Shown: positions 9,365 through 18,614 of the stretch, piece after piece
Numbering within the stretch: the first letter of the stretch is position 1
How the letters are laid out: the number at the start of each line of letters is the position of its first letter
From: Smithellaceae bacterium
Lineage (GTDB): Bacteria; Desulfobacterota; Syntrophia; Syntrophales; Smithellaceae
Assembly (NCBI GenBank): GCA_963667845.2
Contig: CAXXVL010000002.1
Coordinates: forward strand, 1,856,001 to 1,920,000
Direction of reading: 5' to 3'
DNA length: 64,000 nt
Notes under the pieces: model-generated
Seen by the model: only the letters and a program-made list of their open reading frames with translations
Database searches by the model: none
What the model was told of the DNA's origin: nothing
Translations under genes and position numbers: made by a program

Positions 9365-10289
9365 TTGGGTAAATCAATATTTGGAAGACGCTGAACAGCG
9401 TTTTGCTAAAGTTACCTTTGATGAGAAGAAAGCAGTATTCATAAGATTTTTCAAGAACACTGGACTTCAAAAGAATTCGCCGATTGAAAACATGACCTTG
9501 ACAATTTGTCGAAATTTTCTCCTTAAACAAAAGGTGGAGCGTTCCGGATACGCGGCAAACAAGGATCGAAAAAATCTGAGGACTGCCTGCACATGGGGTC
9601 TGGATTTAGAGGGATGGCCAGAAGGATTTAACCCCTTTCTTTCCACCAAAAAATATCCAGAAAAACGCAAACCGAGGTATGTTCCCACAGAGGATGATTT
9701 TTGGAAAGCCTTTAACTTGACCACGGGGCAGGACAGAGTCATGTTGCTTGCGTATCTTAACTTAGGAGCAAGACGTAGCGAGGTTTTTCATCTAAAGTGG
9801 TCCGACGTGGATTTCAGCGGCAATTGGATTCGTCTTTGGACCCGAAAACGTGAGGGTGGAAATGAGGAATGTGATAGTTTACCGATGACGCCGGAGCTTC
9901 GAAGCTCCTTATTGAAATGGCGAGAAGAACGGTTGGCTCAGTCGACGACTGACAATGACCATGTTTTTCTTTGTCTCGATAAGTTTTCTTTTTGCGGAGA
10001 ATATTATGGGAAACCGTTCAAACATCGCCAGCATTTTATGAAAAAGCTGTGCAATAGGGCGAAGGTTAAACCTTTTGGATTCCATGCAATCCGACATTTG
10101 ACGGCATCAATTCTTTATAGAAAGGGAAATCCAGTATCAGTAATTCAGGCAATCCTGCGTCACAAGAATCCAAATACTACGACAAGGTATTTAAGGAAAC
10201 TTGGACTGGAAGATACTCGTAGTGCACTTGAAGAAGGATTGAAGATGCCGGCAAACGTGATTGAATTTCCAAAGGCAGAAAATGGTTAA
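9168..10289 (+). CDS. tyrosine recombinase / phage-type integrase
   Basis: Catalytic residues present: GARRSE (R), FHAIRH (HxxR), LRH (H), TTRYL (Y); SD GGAGGT; adjacent to a tRNA 3' end. Confidence 0.92.
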   Translation: MPSKVLKRGISRYRASVTVKGITRQRIFQDNSQKSKREAYLWEEETRKSLEKELSQINTGFLTIGDWVNQYLEDAEQRFAKVTFDEKKAVFIRFFKNTGLQKNSPIENMTLTICRNFLLKQKVERSGYAANKDRKNLRTACTWGLDLEGWPEGFNPFLSTKKYPEKRKPRYVPTEDDFWKAFNLTTGQDRVMLLAYLNLGARRSEVFHLKWSDVDFSGNWIRLWTRKREGGNEECDSLPMTPELRSSLLKWREERLAQSTTDNDHVFLCLDKFSFCGEYYGKPFKHRQHFMKKLCNRAKVKPFGFHAIRHLTASILYRKGNPVSVIQAILRHKNPNTTTRYLRKLGLEDTRSALEEGLKMPANVIEFPKAENG

Positions 10290-10292
10290 AAA

Positions 10293-10322
10293 AGACCTTT
10301 AGAAGGGCATTTCTGAAGGTCT
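10293..10322. terminator. hairpin between convergent int and tRNA-Glu
   Basis: AGACCTTTAGAA ... TTCTGAAGGTCT inverted repeat. Confidence 0.45.
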
Positions 10323-10344
10323 TGTGTCCGGATCTTGTGTCCGG
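10320..10344. repeat. 12 bp tandem direct repeat, candidate integrase arm-type sites
   Basis: TCTTGTGTCCGG at 10320-10331 and 10333-10344. Confidence 0.65.
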
Positions 10345-10388
10345 TCGGAAAAGGGGAGGGTTGTTGTTTGTAAACCCTCGTTATTATT

Positions 10389-10464
10389 TGGCGTCCCCAT
10401 GGGGAGTCGAACCCCAGTTACAGGCGTGAAAGGCCCGTGTCCTAGGCCTCTAGACGATGGGGAC
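10389..10464 (-). tRNA. tRNA-Glu (TTC)
   Basis: Reverse complement GTCCCCATCGTCTAGAGG...CGGGC-CTTTCAC-GCCTG...GGTTCGACTCC...GGGGACGCCA; 76 nt with CCA end. Confidence 0.97.
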
Positions 10465-10495
10465 GTCTTTGGCCTGACGTTTAAGTAAGTTGCGC

Positions 10496-10524
10496 CTTAT
10501 ATATTTTTCAAACCGGAATGTCAA
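10496..10524 (-). promoter_or_regulatory. sigma70 promoter of tRNA-Glu
   Basis: TTGACA-17 nt-TATAAG on the minus strand. Confidence 0.65.
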
Positions 10525-10554
10525 GCACCGCCTCATTCTTTTTTTGGATCGCAT

Positions 10555-12276
10555 ATGATGACGAAAGAAAAGGTTATCGAAATTCTCGAAGAGATTGCCG
10601 TACTCCTGGAATTGACCGGAGAAAACCCCTTCAAGTCCCGCGCCTATTCCACGGCAGCCCGAAACCTGGAGCGCGTGGAGGAGGATTTCGGCGAACTCGT
10701 GCGCGGGGAGAAACTTTATGAAATCGAGGGCATTGGCGAAGCCATCGGCAAGAAAATTACCGAACTCGTGCAGGCGGGCAAACTGGACTATTACGACAAG
10801 CTCAAGGCGTCCGTCCCGCCCGGGCATCTGGAAATGCTTAAAATCAGCGGACTTGGCCCCAAGAAGATTCATGCATTGTACAAGGAACTGGGAATTACAA
10901 CGATTGGCGAGCTGGAATATGCCTGCCATGAAAATCGCCTGGTGGACCTTAAAGGCTTCGGCAAGAAAACGCAGGACAATATCCTGGTCGGTATTGAAAA
11001 GCTCAAACGCTATTCGGAAAGGCGGCTGTACGATGAAGTAGCCGGTCATGCCGAAGCTCTGCTTGCCTTCTTAACGAAGGAGAAGGATGCCGAGGCTGTG
11101 AGCCTTGCCGGATCGCTCAGGCGCGGCAATGAGACGGTCAAAGATATCGATATCCTGGCATCGTCGGCACATCCGGAGCGACTCGCGCGGGCCTTTGCCG
11201 GGTATGGCGAGGTGGCTTCCGTCGTTGCCCTGGGCGACACGAAAGTCAGCATCACGCTTAAGGCAGGCATCAATGCCGACCTGCGCATTGTGACGGCGGG
11301 CGAATTCCCCTACGCCCTGCATCACTTCACCGGCAGCCGGGAGCACAACGTGGCTATGCGCGGCCGTGCCAAGGATCTGGGCCTGAAGATGAACGAGTAT
11401 GGCCTCTTTCGGGGCGATAAAAATATCGTCTGTCATTCGGAAGAAGAGCTGTTTACCGCACTGGGCCTTCAGTTTATCGAGCCGGAACTTCGGGAAAATA
11501 TGGGTGAGATTGAAGCGGCCGAAAAAGGCGAGTTGCCCCGATTGCTGGAGATGAAGGATATCCGGGGTGTTTTCCATGTGCACACGAATTTCAGCGACGG
11601 CGCGGACAGTCTCGAAAAAATGGTTGTCGCCGTCAAAAAAATGGGACTTCAGTATATCGGCGTCAGCGATCACAGCCGTTCGGCTTTCTATGCGGGCGGA
11701 TTGAATGTCGACCAGATCATCAAACAGCATGCCGCGATCGACGGGCTGAATGAAAAGCACGCCCCGTTTTATATCTTCAAGGGGATTGAATCGGACATCG
11801 GTGCCGACGGCAGTCTCGATTATGATGAGGATACCCTGGCCCGGTTTGATTTTGTGATTGCGTCGGTGCATTCCGGCTTCAACATGCCTAAAGCGGAAAT
11901 GACCCGTCGCATTAAGACGGCGCTCACCAATCCCCATACGACCATGCTGGCGCATCCGACGGGCCGACTGCTTCTGTCGCGCGAACCCTATGCCGTCGAT
12001 ATCCAGGAAATTATCGATACGGCGGCAAAGCACGCCAAGGCCCTCGAGCTCAACGCCTATCCGCAGAGACTGGATCTCGACTGGCGCAACTGCATCCATG
12101 CCGTAAAGAAAGGCGTGAAGATTGCGATCAATCCCGATGCGCATTCGGTTGACGGACTGCGCCATATTGCCCTGGGTGTAAAAATCGCCCGCAAGGGCTG
12201 GCTCACCAAAGAGGATTGTCTGAATTGCCTCACCCTCAAGCAAGTGAAGGCGTATCTGTCGCACAAACAGGCGTGA
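10555..12276 (+). CDS. polX: DNA polymerase X with PHP domain
   Basis: GENPFKSRAY, GSLRR, DID catalytic motif, HFTGS; PHP motifs HVHT, SDHS, AHPTGR and PDAH. Confidence 0.93.
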   Translation: MMTKEKVIEILEEIAVLLELTGENPFKSRAYSTAARNLERVEEDFGELVRGEKLYEIEGIGEAIGKKITELVQAGKLDYYDKLKASVPPGHLEMLKISGLGPKKIHALYKELGITTIGELEYACHENRLVDLKGFGKKTQDNILVGIEKLKRYSERRLYDEVAGHAEALLAFLTKEKDAEAVSLAGSLRRGNETVKDIDILASSAHPERLARAFAGYGEVASVVALGDTKVSITLKAGINADLRIVTAGEFPYALHHFTGSREHNVAMRGRAKDLGLKMNEYGLFRGDKNIVCHSEEELFTALGLQFIEPELRENMGEIEAAEKGELPRLLEMKDIRGVFHVHTNFSDGADSLEKMVVAVKKMGLQYIGVSDHSRSAFYAGGLNVDQIIKQHAAIDGLNEKHAPFYIFKGIESDIGADGSLDYDEDTLARFDFVIASVHSGFNMPKAEMTRRIKTALTNPHTTMLAHPTGRLLLSREPYAVDIQEIIDTAAKHAKALELNAYPQRLDLDWRNCIHAVKKGVKIAINPDAHSVDGLRHIALGVKIARKGWLTKEDCLNCLTLKQVKAYLSHKQA

Positions 12277-12414
12277 TCCCGGAAGACAAACCGCACCGGA
12301 TGTTCAAAAATGCTGTTGCCGAAAGACTCCCCGCCTGTTGTTTCGGACGATCCCTTTAAAAAAAGGCCGACGTGGTTACATTAAAAGAAAAGGAACTTCA
12401 AAAGGAGGTTATCC

Positions 12415-13014
12415 ATGAATATCGCCGATTTCCGAGAACCGGAGCAATGTGACGTTGATCCCCTGTTTGTGAGGCGTTGGTCACCCCGGGCGATGTCCGG
12501 CGAGGATATTCCGGAGGAAACGCTCAAAACTCTTTTTGAAGCGGCCCGCTGGGCTCCCTCCTCCAACAATAATCAACCCTGGCGCTTTATTTATGCGCAC
12601 CGGAAGTCGCCAGACTGGGACAGGATTTTTGGCCTCATGACCGTCGAAAACCAGGCATGGGCGAAGAATGCCGGCGTGCTGATCGTCGTCATTTCCAAAA
12701 CCACCTTCGATTCCGGCAAGCCCGCCCGGACGCACACATTCGATGCCGGCGCCGCCTGGATGAGTTTTGCCCTGCAGGGATCGCTCATGGATCTGGTCGT
12801 TCACGGGATGCAGGGATTTGATTATGACAAGGCGAAGGAAGTTTTGCACGTGCCTGCCGACTACGAGGTGGAAGCGATGATTGCCGTCGGGAAACACGGC
12901 CCCAAAGACGTTCTGCCTGATTATCAACAGGAGCGTGAATTTCCGAAATCGCGAAAGAGTCTTGCCGACATTGCGATGGAGGGAGTGTTCAGACCGACAT
13001 CCGGCGCCGGTTGA
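12415..13014 (+). CDS. nitroreductase family protein
   Basis: RRWSPRA, AARWAPSSNNNQPWRF and FDAGAA motifs; SD AGGAGG. Confidence 0.92.
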   Translation: MNIADFREPEQCDVDPLFVRRWSPRAMSGEDIPEETLKTLFEAARWAPSSNNNQPWRFIYAHRKSPDWDRIFGLMTVENQAWAKNAGVLIVVISKTTFDSGKPARTHTFDAGAAWMSFALQGSLMDLVVHGMQGFDYDKAKEVLHVPADYEVEAMIAVGKHGPKDVLPDYQQEREFPKSRKSLADIAMEGVFRPTSGAG

Positions 13015-13193
13015 ACAAGCATAGCAGTAATGAACGAACTTGCTTTAATTGGCACTGTTGACGGCGGGCCCTGTTTCCGCCCGACTTTGAAACCGAGGGT
13101 ATGCCGCTCTATGGAGTTCCCGTCCGCACTCATGCTCTCCAGGCGGGCGGGCAATTCTATTTCTAAATATCCGCAGGCCTTTGCTTTGCCGTT

Positions 13194-14039
13194 TTAAAAA
13201 TTGACGACCGCCGTAAGCGGCACCGGCGGATAGATCTGTCCGTGGTTGGGCGGCATCGAATTGTAAACCCAGTCGATATCCAGCTTGCCCAGTCTGATCC
13301 CCCGGCAGCGGGCGTAACCTTTAAATATCCCGCGCACCAGAATATCCTCCATCTGCATCGTCAGGCCGAAAACAGCTATCGTCATTCCGGATTCCAGCTC
13401 TTTGAGATCAGCGGAAAATGCACCCGGATGAAAGACCAGACGGTTGTCGCCCGCGGCCTGACACTGGATGACCGGAACGACAGCGGGGTATCCGTCTTTG
13501 GCGATGTAAGATAGAAATTTCAGGGCATCGAGCCTGTTCAGGAGCGATTCCCCGAAATGCGTCAGGACCCGCCCGGCTGCGCTTTTGGCGGCGCCGCCCC
13601 TGGCCATCCTGGTGAGAATCGCCGAACGGGCAATGCCGGCAAGCGGGAGCGAGGCACCCTCCGATGTCTCCTGAAGGTCCAGGTAATGGACGGTGTTTAT
13701 TCCGAAATACGTATTGTAGCGGAACATGGGCTGCTGATTATACACTTCATACTCCGGGCCTTCTTTTTTAAAATGCGTCCACAGAGCTTTCCCCCGCCAG
13801 AGTTTCTTATCAAGCGTGAGGATGGCGAAACCGGTTTTTTTTGTCTCGCGCATATACTCCTTGCTGAGGCCCTTGCAGAATTCACCGATGGTCAGCTGCG
13901 CGGGTGACGGCGCCATGACCGACGTCAGAAGCGATACATGCGGCAAACCCGCAGGCGTCACGGTGGCGATAATGCCGATTTTTTCCGAGGGTTCAAAGGC
14001 TTTCCTGTCCGATTCGGAAAAAACATTCCTGCCGATCAT
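13194..14039 (-). CDS. tandem PNPOx-like (FMN split-barrel) protein
   Basis: Start MIGRNVF at 14039 with SD AAGGA; two related units IATVTPAGLPHVS and LSYIAKDGYPAVV. Confidence 0.65.
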   Translation of the reverse strand: MIGRNVFSESDRKAFEPSEKIGIIATVTPAGLPHVSLLTSVMAPSPAQLTIGEFCKGLSKEYMRETKKTGFAILTLDKKLWRGKALWTHFKKEGPEYEVYNQQPMFRYNTYFGINTVHYLDLQETSEGASLPLAGIARSAILTRMARGGAAKSAAGRVLTHFGESLLNRLDALKFLSYIAKDGYPAVVPVIQCQAAGDNRLVFHPGAFSADLKELESGMTIAVFGLTMQMEDILVRGIFKGYARCRGIRLGKLDIDWVYNSMPPNHGQIYPPVPLTAVVNF

Positions 14040-14058
14040 AGGTATTTCCTTTCTGCTG

Positions 14059-15090
14059 TCAAAAGCAGCCGGGGATGGATATAGTACTGCCTCCCGTTTC
14101 ACCCGCCGGCTGGTTGTCTGAATGTTGTTTAAGCCTCGTCGATCCGCTCCAGGAGACGCGTGAGTGCGTAACCCGGCTTTGAGCGACCTGCGCCAATTCC
14201 TCCATCCGGGATTTTTCCGGAAGATCGCAACCGGCAAACGGCCAGTCTATGCCCAGCCGCTGATACTTGTCCCGGCACAGATTGTTAAACGCGCACAGTT
14301 CCCAGCGGTCAACCGCTCCTTCCAGCCGGGCCTCAATGAAATCGCCGATTCCTCCGATATTCCCGGCCGTGTCCGTGGCTCCGGGGATCACCGGCGTGCG
14401 TATCCACAGGGTTTGGGGACTCCGATGGGATCTTTTGTAGTGCGCGGCAAAGGCCGCATTGGCCAGAATTCTTTCATTGCCCGAACCGGTAAATAATTTG
14501 TGCTTTGCCGGATCGATTTCCTTGAGGTCATAAAGCAGGACATCGACATAAGGCAAAAGACCGGCTAATAGGGTTTCAGATACCTGACCGCAGGTGTCGA
14601 GCGCCGTCTGAATGCCTTTCTCTTTGAGTTCCATAAGAAGCGCAAGGCAGAAATCAGGCTGCAGGGCCGCCTCTCCGCCGGACAGCGTAACGCCGCCGCC
14701 GGACTCAGCGAAATAGACGCGGTCTTTGATGAGTTCGGAAGCCAGCTTATGGACGCTCCATTTTTTCCCCAAAAGCTCCATGGCCGTGGTCGGGCATTGG
14801 GCGGCGCACAGGCCGCAGCCGGTGCAGAGCGCCCGATCGATGGCAACGCCCCCGGAATTCCGGGCAAGCGCCTTTTCCGGGCACGTCTCGATGCAGATGC
14901 CGCAGCCGATGCAGCTCGACTTGATCCACTGAAGCTGCGGCTTCGGGCTGATGCTCTCCGGATTATGGCACCACGTGCACGAAAGCGGGCATCCCTTGAA
15001 AAACACGGTTGTCCGGATGCCGGGCCCGTCTTCGGTGGACATGCGGATGATCTCCAGAATGGTTCCCTCTTTCGTCTGACAGGGTGTCAT
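14059..15090 (-). CDS. glycyl-radical enzyme activating enzyme (radical SAM with ferredoxin insert)
   Basis: DGPGIRTTVFFKGCPLSCTWCHNPE, two CxxCxxCxxxCP motifs, GGVTLSGGE. Confidence 0.95.
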   Translation of the reverse strand: MTPCQTKEGTILEIIRMSTEDGPGIRTTVFFKGCPLSCTWCHNPESISPKPQLQWIKSSCIGCGICIETCPEKALARNSGGVAIDRALCTGCGLCAAQCPTTAMELLGKKWSVHKLASELIKDRVYFAESGGGVTLSGGEAALQPDFCLALLMELKEKGIQTALDTCGQVSETLLAGLLPYVDVLLYDLKEIDPAKHKLFTGSGNERILANAAFAAHYKRSHRSPQTLWIRTPVIPGATDTAGNIGGIGDFIEARLEGAVDRWELCAFNNLCRDKYQRLGIDWPFAGCDLPEKSRMEELAQVAQSRVTHSRVSWSGSTRLKQHSDNQPAGETGGSTISIPGCF

Positions 15091-15102
15091 GGTTTGCGCG
15101 CC

Positions 15103-17613
15103 TTAAAATTTGTTATGGCTGACCCGTTCAATGACTTCGTTTTGCAGCTCGCGGCCCACGGTCGTGAAGTAGGCGTTATACCCGGTAATGCGCACCAGGA
15201 GATGCCGATAGTCCTGGGGGTGGGCCTGAGCGTCTTTCAGCATTCCGGGCTCCAGCATGTTGATCTGTAATGCCGTGCCGCCGTTGTGGGCATATCCTTT
15301 CAGGAAGGCCTTGAATTTATCCTTGTGCGCCGGATCGCGCAGGATAGATGGATTAAACGTGATCGTGTGGCTGGCGCCGTTCGGGAGGTCGTTTCGGTAA
15401 TCCTGCCATTCCCCGCGTCCGTCCTCCGCTTTTCCGCCCAGCACAGTTCCCACGGAGTTGGCATTGGCGGTCGGACCGTTGATGTCCGCCCCGTTGGACG
15501 GGCAGATGGCATTGGACAGGAACTGCCCTTTTCTTCTGCCGTCGGCACTCGCCGCCATGACGAAGCCGTCGCCGGCCCAGTAGTTCCAGCTCAGCATCCC
15601 CGGCCGGAATCTGCGCGAGGTGGATTTTGTGCTGTGCCGCCAGGTTTCATCGCACCAAAGCTCCATCACGCGGCGGGCCAGCGCGTCCGCCTCGTCATCG
15701 TCGCGGCCGTATTTGGGTGCGCGGTTTTTGGCCATGGCATGAAGCACCTCATGACCCTGCCAGTTGGATTTGAGCGCGGAAACCAGCTCGTTCATCGTAC
15801 AGGCTTTTTTGTCGAAGACCAGATACTTGACGGCCAGCAGTGAATCCACCGTGGTCGCATAGGTGACGGCTTCCAGCGTCACGAAACTGATCTCGGCGCC
15901 GCCCTGTGTGACATCCTTTCCCTGCCTCGCGCAGCCTGTTACCATGCAGGAAAGATACGGCGTGGGGAAAAACCGCGCACGAATCGACTCGGACGTTTCA
16001 TAAAGGTCGACGCACTTCCGGATGATGTAGCGGGTCTGGAGGGCATAAGCCTCCCAGAAATCTTCCCAGGTCTTAAAGGAGGCGGCATCCGGCGTTCGCG
16101 GTCCGTCCTGCCGCACCCGTTCTCTTTTCCCGGTCATGGGATCGCAAAAAGGCAGCAGATCCCTTCCTCCGGTCAGTGCCAGTTCCACCGCTTTGAGCAG
16201 GTTGATGTTGGCATCCACCGTACCGGAACGGTCATTGCCGACCATCGTATTTTCCAGACAGCCGACGGGCGCATACTCATGAACATTGCCCTCGTGAATC
16301 AAGTCGGCGATTCCGGCCCTCCTCGCTTCTCGCATCATGCCGGCCATGGACCGTTCGTCGAAATTCAGGAGAAAAGGAGCACCCTGACTCGATTCAATCA
16401 TATCGACAATTTTATCCAGCAGGATGTCGGGACTGTTCCGATGCAGGCGCACATTGGGTTTGGGCTCGAGGATCGGCGACATTTCATCGATGACTTCCAG
16501 CATGACATAGGTCAGATCATTGGTCATGTCCTTTCCGTTTGCCCCGAGGCCGGACAGGGTGATCAACTGACCGAACCCGGCGGTGATGCCCTGATTGCCG
16601 TTACGGATCATGGCGTCGTAAGCCGTGTTGGCGTGAATCCAGAAGCACTTCAGAATTTCCTTGGCCCATTCCCTAGTCATGCCGTCGAGGATGGATTTCT
16701 GATAATAGGGATAGAGATATTGATCCATCCGGCCGAACGATACGCCGGCGCCGGGATAGTTTTCATCCGTCATGACCAGCATATGGTTGATCCAGAGCGC
16801 CTGCACCGCATCCCAGAAGGTTGTTGCCGGTTCCCAGGGCACGCGGCTTAAGCCGGCGGCCATCGACCGGAGCTCGACGGCTCGATTCGCGTCATGCTCT
16901 TTTTCACTGAGGGCCAGGCAGACCGTCCGGTATTTTAAGCCCAGATCACGCGCCATCGTGGAGGCGGTGATCATCGCTCTGAGCTCGGCGCCTTTTGAAC
17001 CGCTTCGTTCCTGACCGGAGAGGGCGTTATAGATCGACATCAGCTCCGCATAAACGCCCTTCCAGCCGATCGCGAGCAGACGCTCGTAACCGGGGATCAG
17101 ATGGCCGCTGGTGGCTCCGGCGTTTCCGTATCCGTGATCGTGATACCATTTCATTTGTGCTCTGGCGCCGTTTTTCCCTTTGACCTGTTTTATCCACTCC
17201 CTGCTTTCTTCTTCGGTGAAGCACATGGAGGTCTGAACATTAAACCGGGCGCCCGCGATCAGGTCGTGGGGCAGAATTTCCTGAGGGACATGGTTCAAGA
17301 TGACCTCGCGGACAAACCAGGCGCGTCTTTCGGGGAGCGTCAAGCTCCAGAAATCCGGATGAAGCTCGACGGGCCTTGCCGCCTGAAGATAGGATGCGCC
17401 CAGCGTGTTCAGCAGGGTGTAGGTTTCGGGTACGATATAGAAAGTCAGTTCATTGTAGATGATGTCCCAGGGGGTCCCCGTGGTCCAGGCCGTGAATTCA
17501 TTGTTCCAGGTCCGTTCGGTTCCCCGGAAATAATAATCTCTCAGCCACTGGATACGGTCGGACAATTCTTTCGGTTCTTTGAGGGTGCGCTCCCGCACCA
17601 GGACGGCTTTCAT
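15103..17613 (-). CDS. glycyl radical enzyme of unknown substrate
   Basis: Cys loop VGCLE (16252-16263), Gly loop LLVRITGYNAYF, SFGRMDQYLYPYY, PKYGRDD; 836 aa. Confidence 0.93.
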   Translation of the reverse strand: MKAVLVRERTLKEPKELSDRIQWLRDYYFRGTERTWNNEFTAWTTGTPWDIIYNELTFYIVPETYTLLNTLGASYLQAARPVELHPDFWSLTLPERRAWFVREVILNHVPQEILPHDLIAGARFNVQTSMCFTEEESREWIKQVKGKNGARAQMKWYHDHGYGNAGATSGHLIPGYERLLAIGWKGVYAELMSIYNALSGQERSGSKGAELRAMITASTMARDLGLKYRTVCLALSEKEHDANRAVELRSMAAGLSRVPWEPATTFWDAVQALWINHMLVMTDENYPGAGVSFGRMDQYLYPYYQKSILDGMTREWAKEILKCFWIHANTAYDAMIRNGNQGITAGFGQLITLSGLGANGKDMTNDLTYVMLEVIDEMSPILEPKPNVRLHRNSPDILLDKIVDMIESSQGAPFLLNFDERSMAGMMREARRAGIADLIHEGNVHEYAPVGCLENTMVGNDRSGTVDANINLLKAVELALTGGRDLLPFCDPMTGKRERVRQDGPRTPDAASFKTWEDFWEAYALQTRYIIRKCVDLYETSESIRARFFPTPYLSCMVTGCARQGKDVTQGGAEISFVTLEAVTYATTVDSLLAVKYLVFDKKACTMNELVSALKSNWQGHEVLHAMAKNRAPKYGRDDDEADALARRVMELWCDETWRHSTKSTSRRFRPGMLSWNYWAGDGFVMAASADGRRKGQFLSNAICPSNGADINGPTANANSVGTVLGGKAEDGRGEWQDYRNDLPNGASHTITFNPSILRDPAHKDKFKAFLKGYAHNGGTALQINMLEPGMLKDAQAHPQDYRHLLVRITGYNAYFTTVGRELQNEVIERVSHNKF

Positions 17614-17614
17614 A

Positions 17615-18379
17615 TCAACCTCCTTTGAGGGGAATGCCGGAAAGAGGGCGGACTTCCCGGTCGATCGTTTTACGCAGATACTTTTCTCCGTGAAACAGAA
17701 GTTCTTTCATGACCGCTGACGCCTTTTTCACTTCACCCGATTCAATGGCTTTCGCGAGTTTCCGATGATACGTGTGAACCGTTGCGCTGACGCTTGGATC
17801 CTTGAAGAACTGGCCCGACAGATTCGTGTAAACCGGCCGGAACGAATTCAGGAGCAGCGGATAAACGGAATTGCCCGATGCCACGGCGACGAGCAGGTGA
17901 AATTCAAAATCAAGGTCCGTTATCATTTGTGTGCTGCGGTGAGGGGTCGATTCTTCTTTTTCGACATGGCTGGATAATTCCCGGACCTGCTCGGGGGTCC
18001 TGTTTCTGGCCGCCTGCGAGGCGAAAGCCGGTTCCATCAGCATTCTCATCTCGAGGAGGCTCTCCATCAGTTCGGGCTCCAGTCTGCCTTTGTGATACTG
18101 GACCAGAGAAGAAAGCACCGTAATGGATCCCTCTTTGCGATAATCATTGACGGTGGCGCCGAGGCGGGGTTTAAGCGCAACGAGTCCGCGCGATGCCAGT
18201 TCGACCAGACCTTCGTGGACCACCGGGCGGCTCACGCCGAGCTCGTGGGCTAGCTCGCGCTCCGACGGCAGTTTCTGCCCGATCTGAATTTTTCCGGAAA
18301 GAATCAGCTCTTCGAACCGAAGCACGAACACCTCTTTGAGGCTGTCTGTTTTGATGGGTTGCAGTAATGATTCCAGCAT
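17615..18379 (-). CDS. GntR/FadR-family transcriptional regulator
   Basis: KLPSERELAHELGVSRPVVHEGL wHTH and FCD motif DFEFHLLVAVASGN. Confidence 0.92.
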   Translation of the reverse strand: MLESLLQPIKTDSLKEVFVLRFEELILSGKIQIGQKLPSERELAHELGVSRPVVHEGLVELASRGLVALKPRLGATVNDYRKEGSITVLSSLVQYHKGRLEPELMESLLEMRMLMEPAFASQAARNRTPEQVRELSSHVEKEESTPHRSTQMITDLDFEFHLLVAVASGNSVYPLLLNSFRPVYTNLSGQFFKDPSVSATVHTYHRKLAKAIESGEVKKASAVMKELLFHGEKYLRKTIDREVRPLSGIPLKGG

Positions 18380-18408
18380 TCGTTTCTTCCTTTGCTTGAT
18401 CCGGCTGG

Positions 18409-18450
18409 TGGTATTACCAGATTGATAAACTTAAAATCGCTATTTGTCAA
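18409..18450 (-). promoter_or_regulatory. sigma70 promoter with FadR-type operator
   Basis: TTGACA (18450-18445)-17 nt-TATCAA, then palindrome TGGT-ATT-ACCA (18409-18419). Confidence 0.6.
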
Positions 18451-18614
18451 GAACTCCGCCGGCGGATTTTAAGAGACGCTTCTTTCCCAAGACCAAAAAA
18501 GCCCGACCGCTCAAGGAAACCGGAGATGTGTGTGACGTGGCTTGATATAATAAGAAAAACAGGCTATATAATGCCGAAGCGATTGACACATTTCCCGGTC
18601 CATGAAGGTTTTAT

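Larger units (their letters stand above)
3000..10400. mobile_element. integrative element at tRNA-Glu; left boundary not located and possibly outside the window
   Basis: Intact xis/int next to the tRNA 3' end; AT-rich cargo compared with GC-richer flanking core genes. Confidence 0.7.

Noticed and set aside
1..10388. Second att copy of the tRNA-Glu 3' end
   Set aside because: No duplicate of TGGCGTCCCC... or of the TCTTGTGTCCGG repeat was found by eye, so the left boundary is not called
11071..12264. 397 aa antisense ORF, and similar shadow ORFs over the MCO, GRE and cusA genes
   Set aside because: They lie opposite well-supported GC-rich genes and show no recognisable motifs
10555..12276. 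PolX as island cargo or a catalytically dead variant
   Set aside because: It lies on the 5' side of tRNA-Glu with core-like GC, and its DxD and PHP motifs are intact
14040..14237. N-terminal extension of the ORF-track call 13194..14237
   Set aside because: Overlaps the activase gene; the ATG at 14039 has a proper SD
15103..17613. GRE as pyruvate formate-lyase or alkyl/benzylsuccinate synthase
   Set aside because: No CC pair, the Cys loop is GCLE, and no small-subunit genes are adjacent
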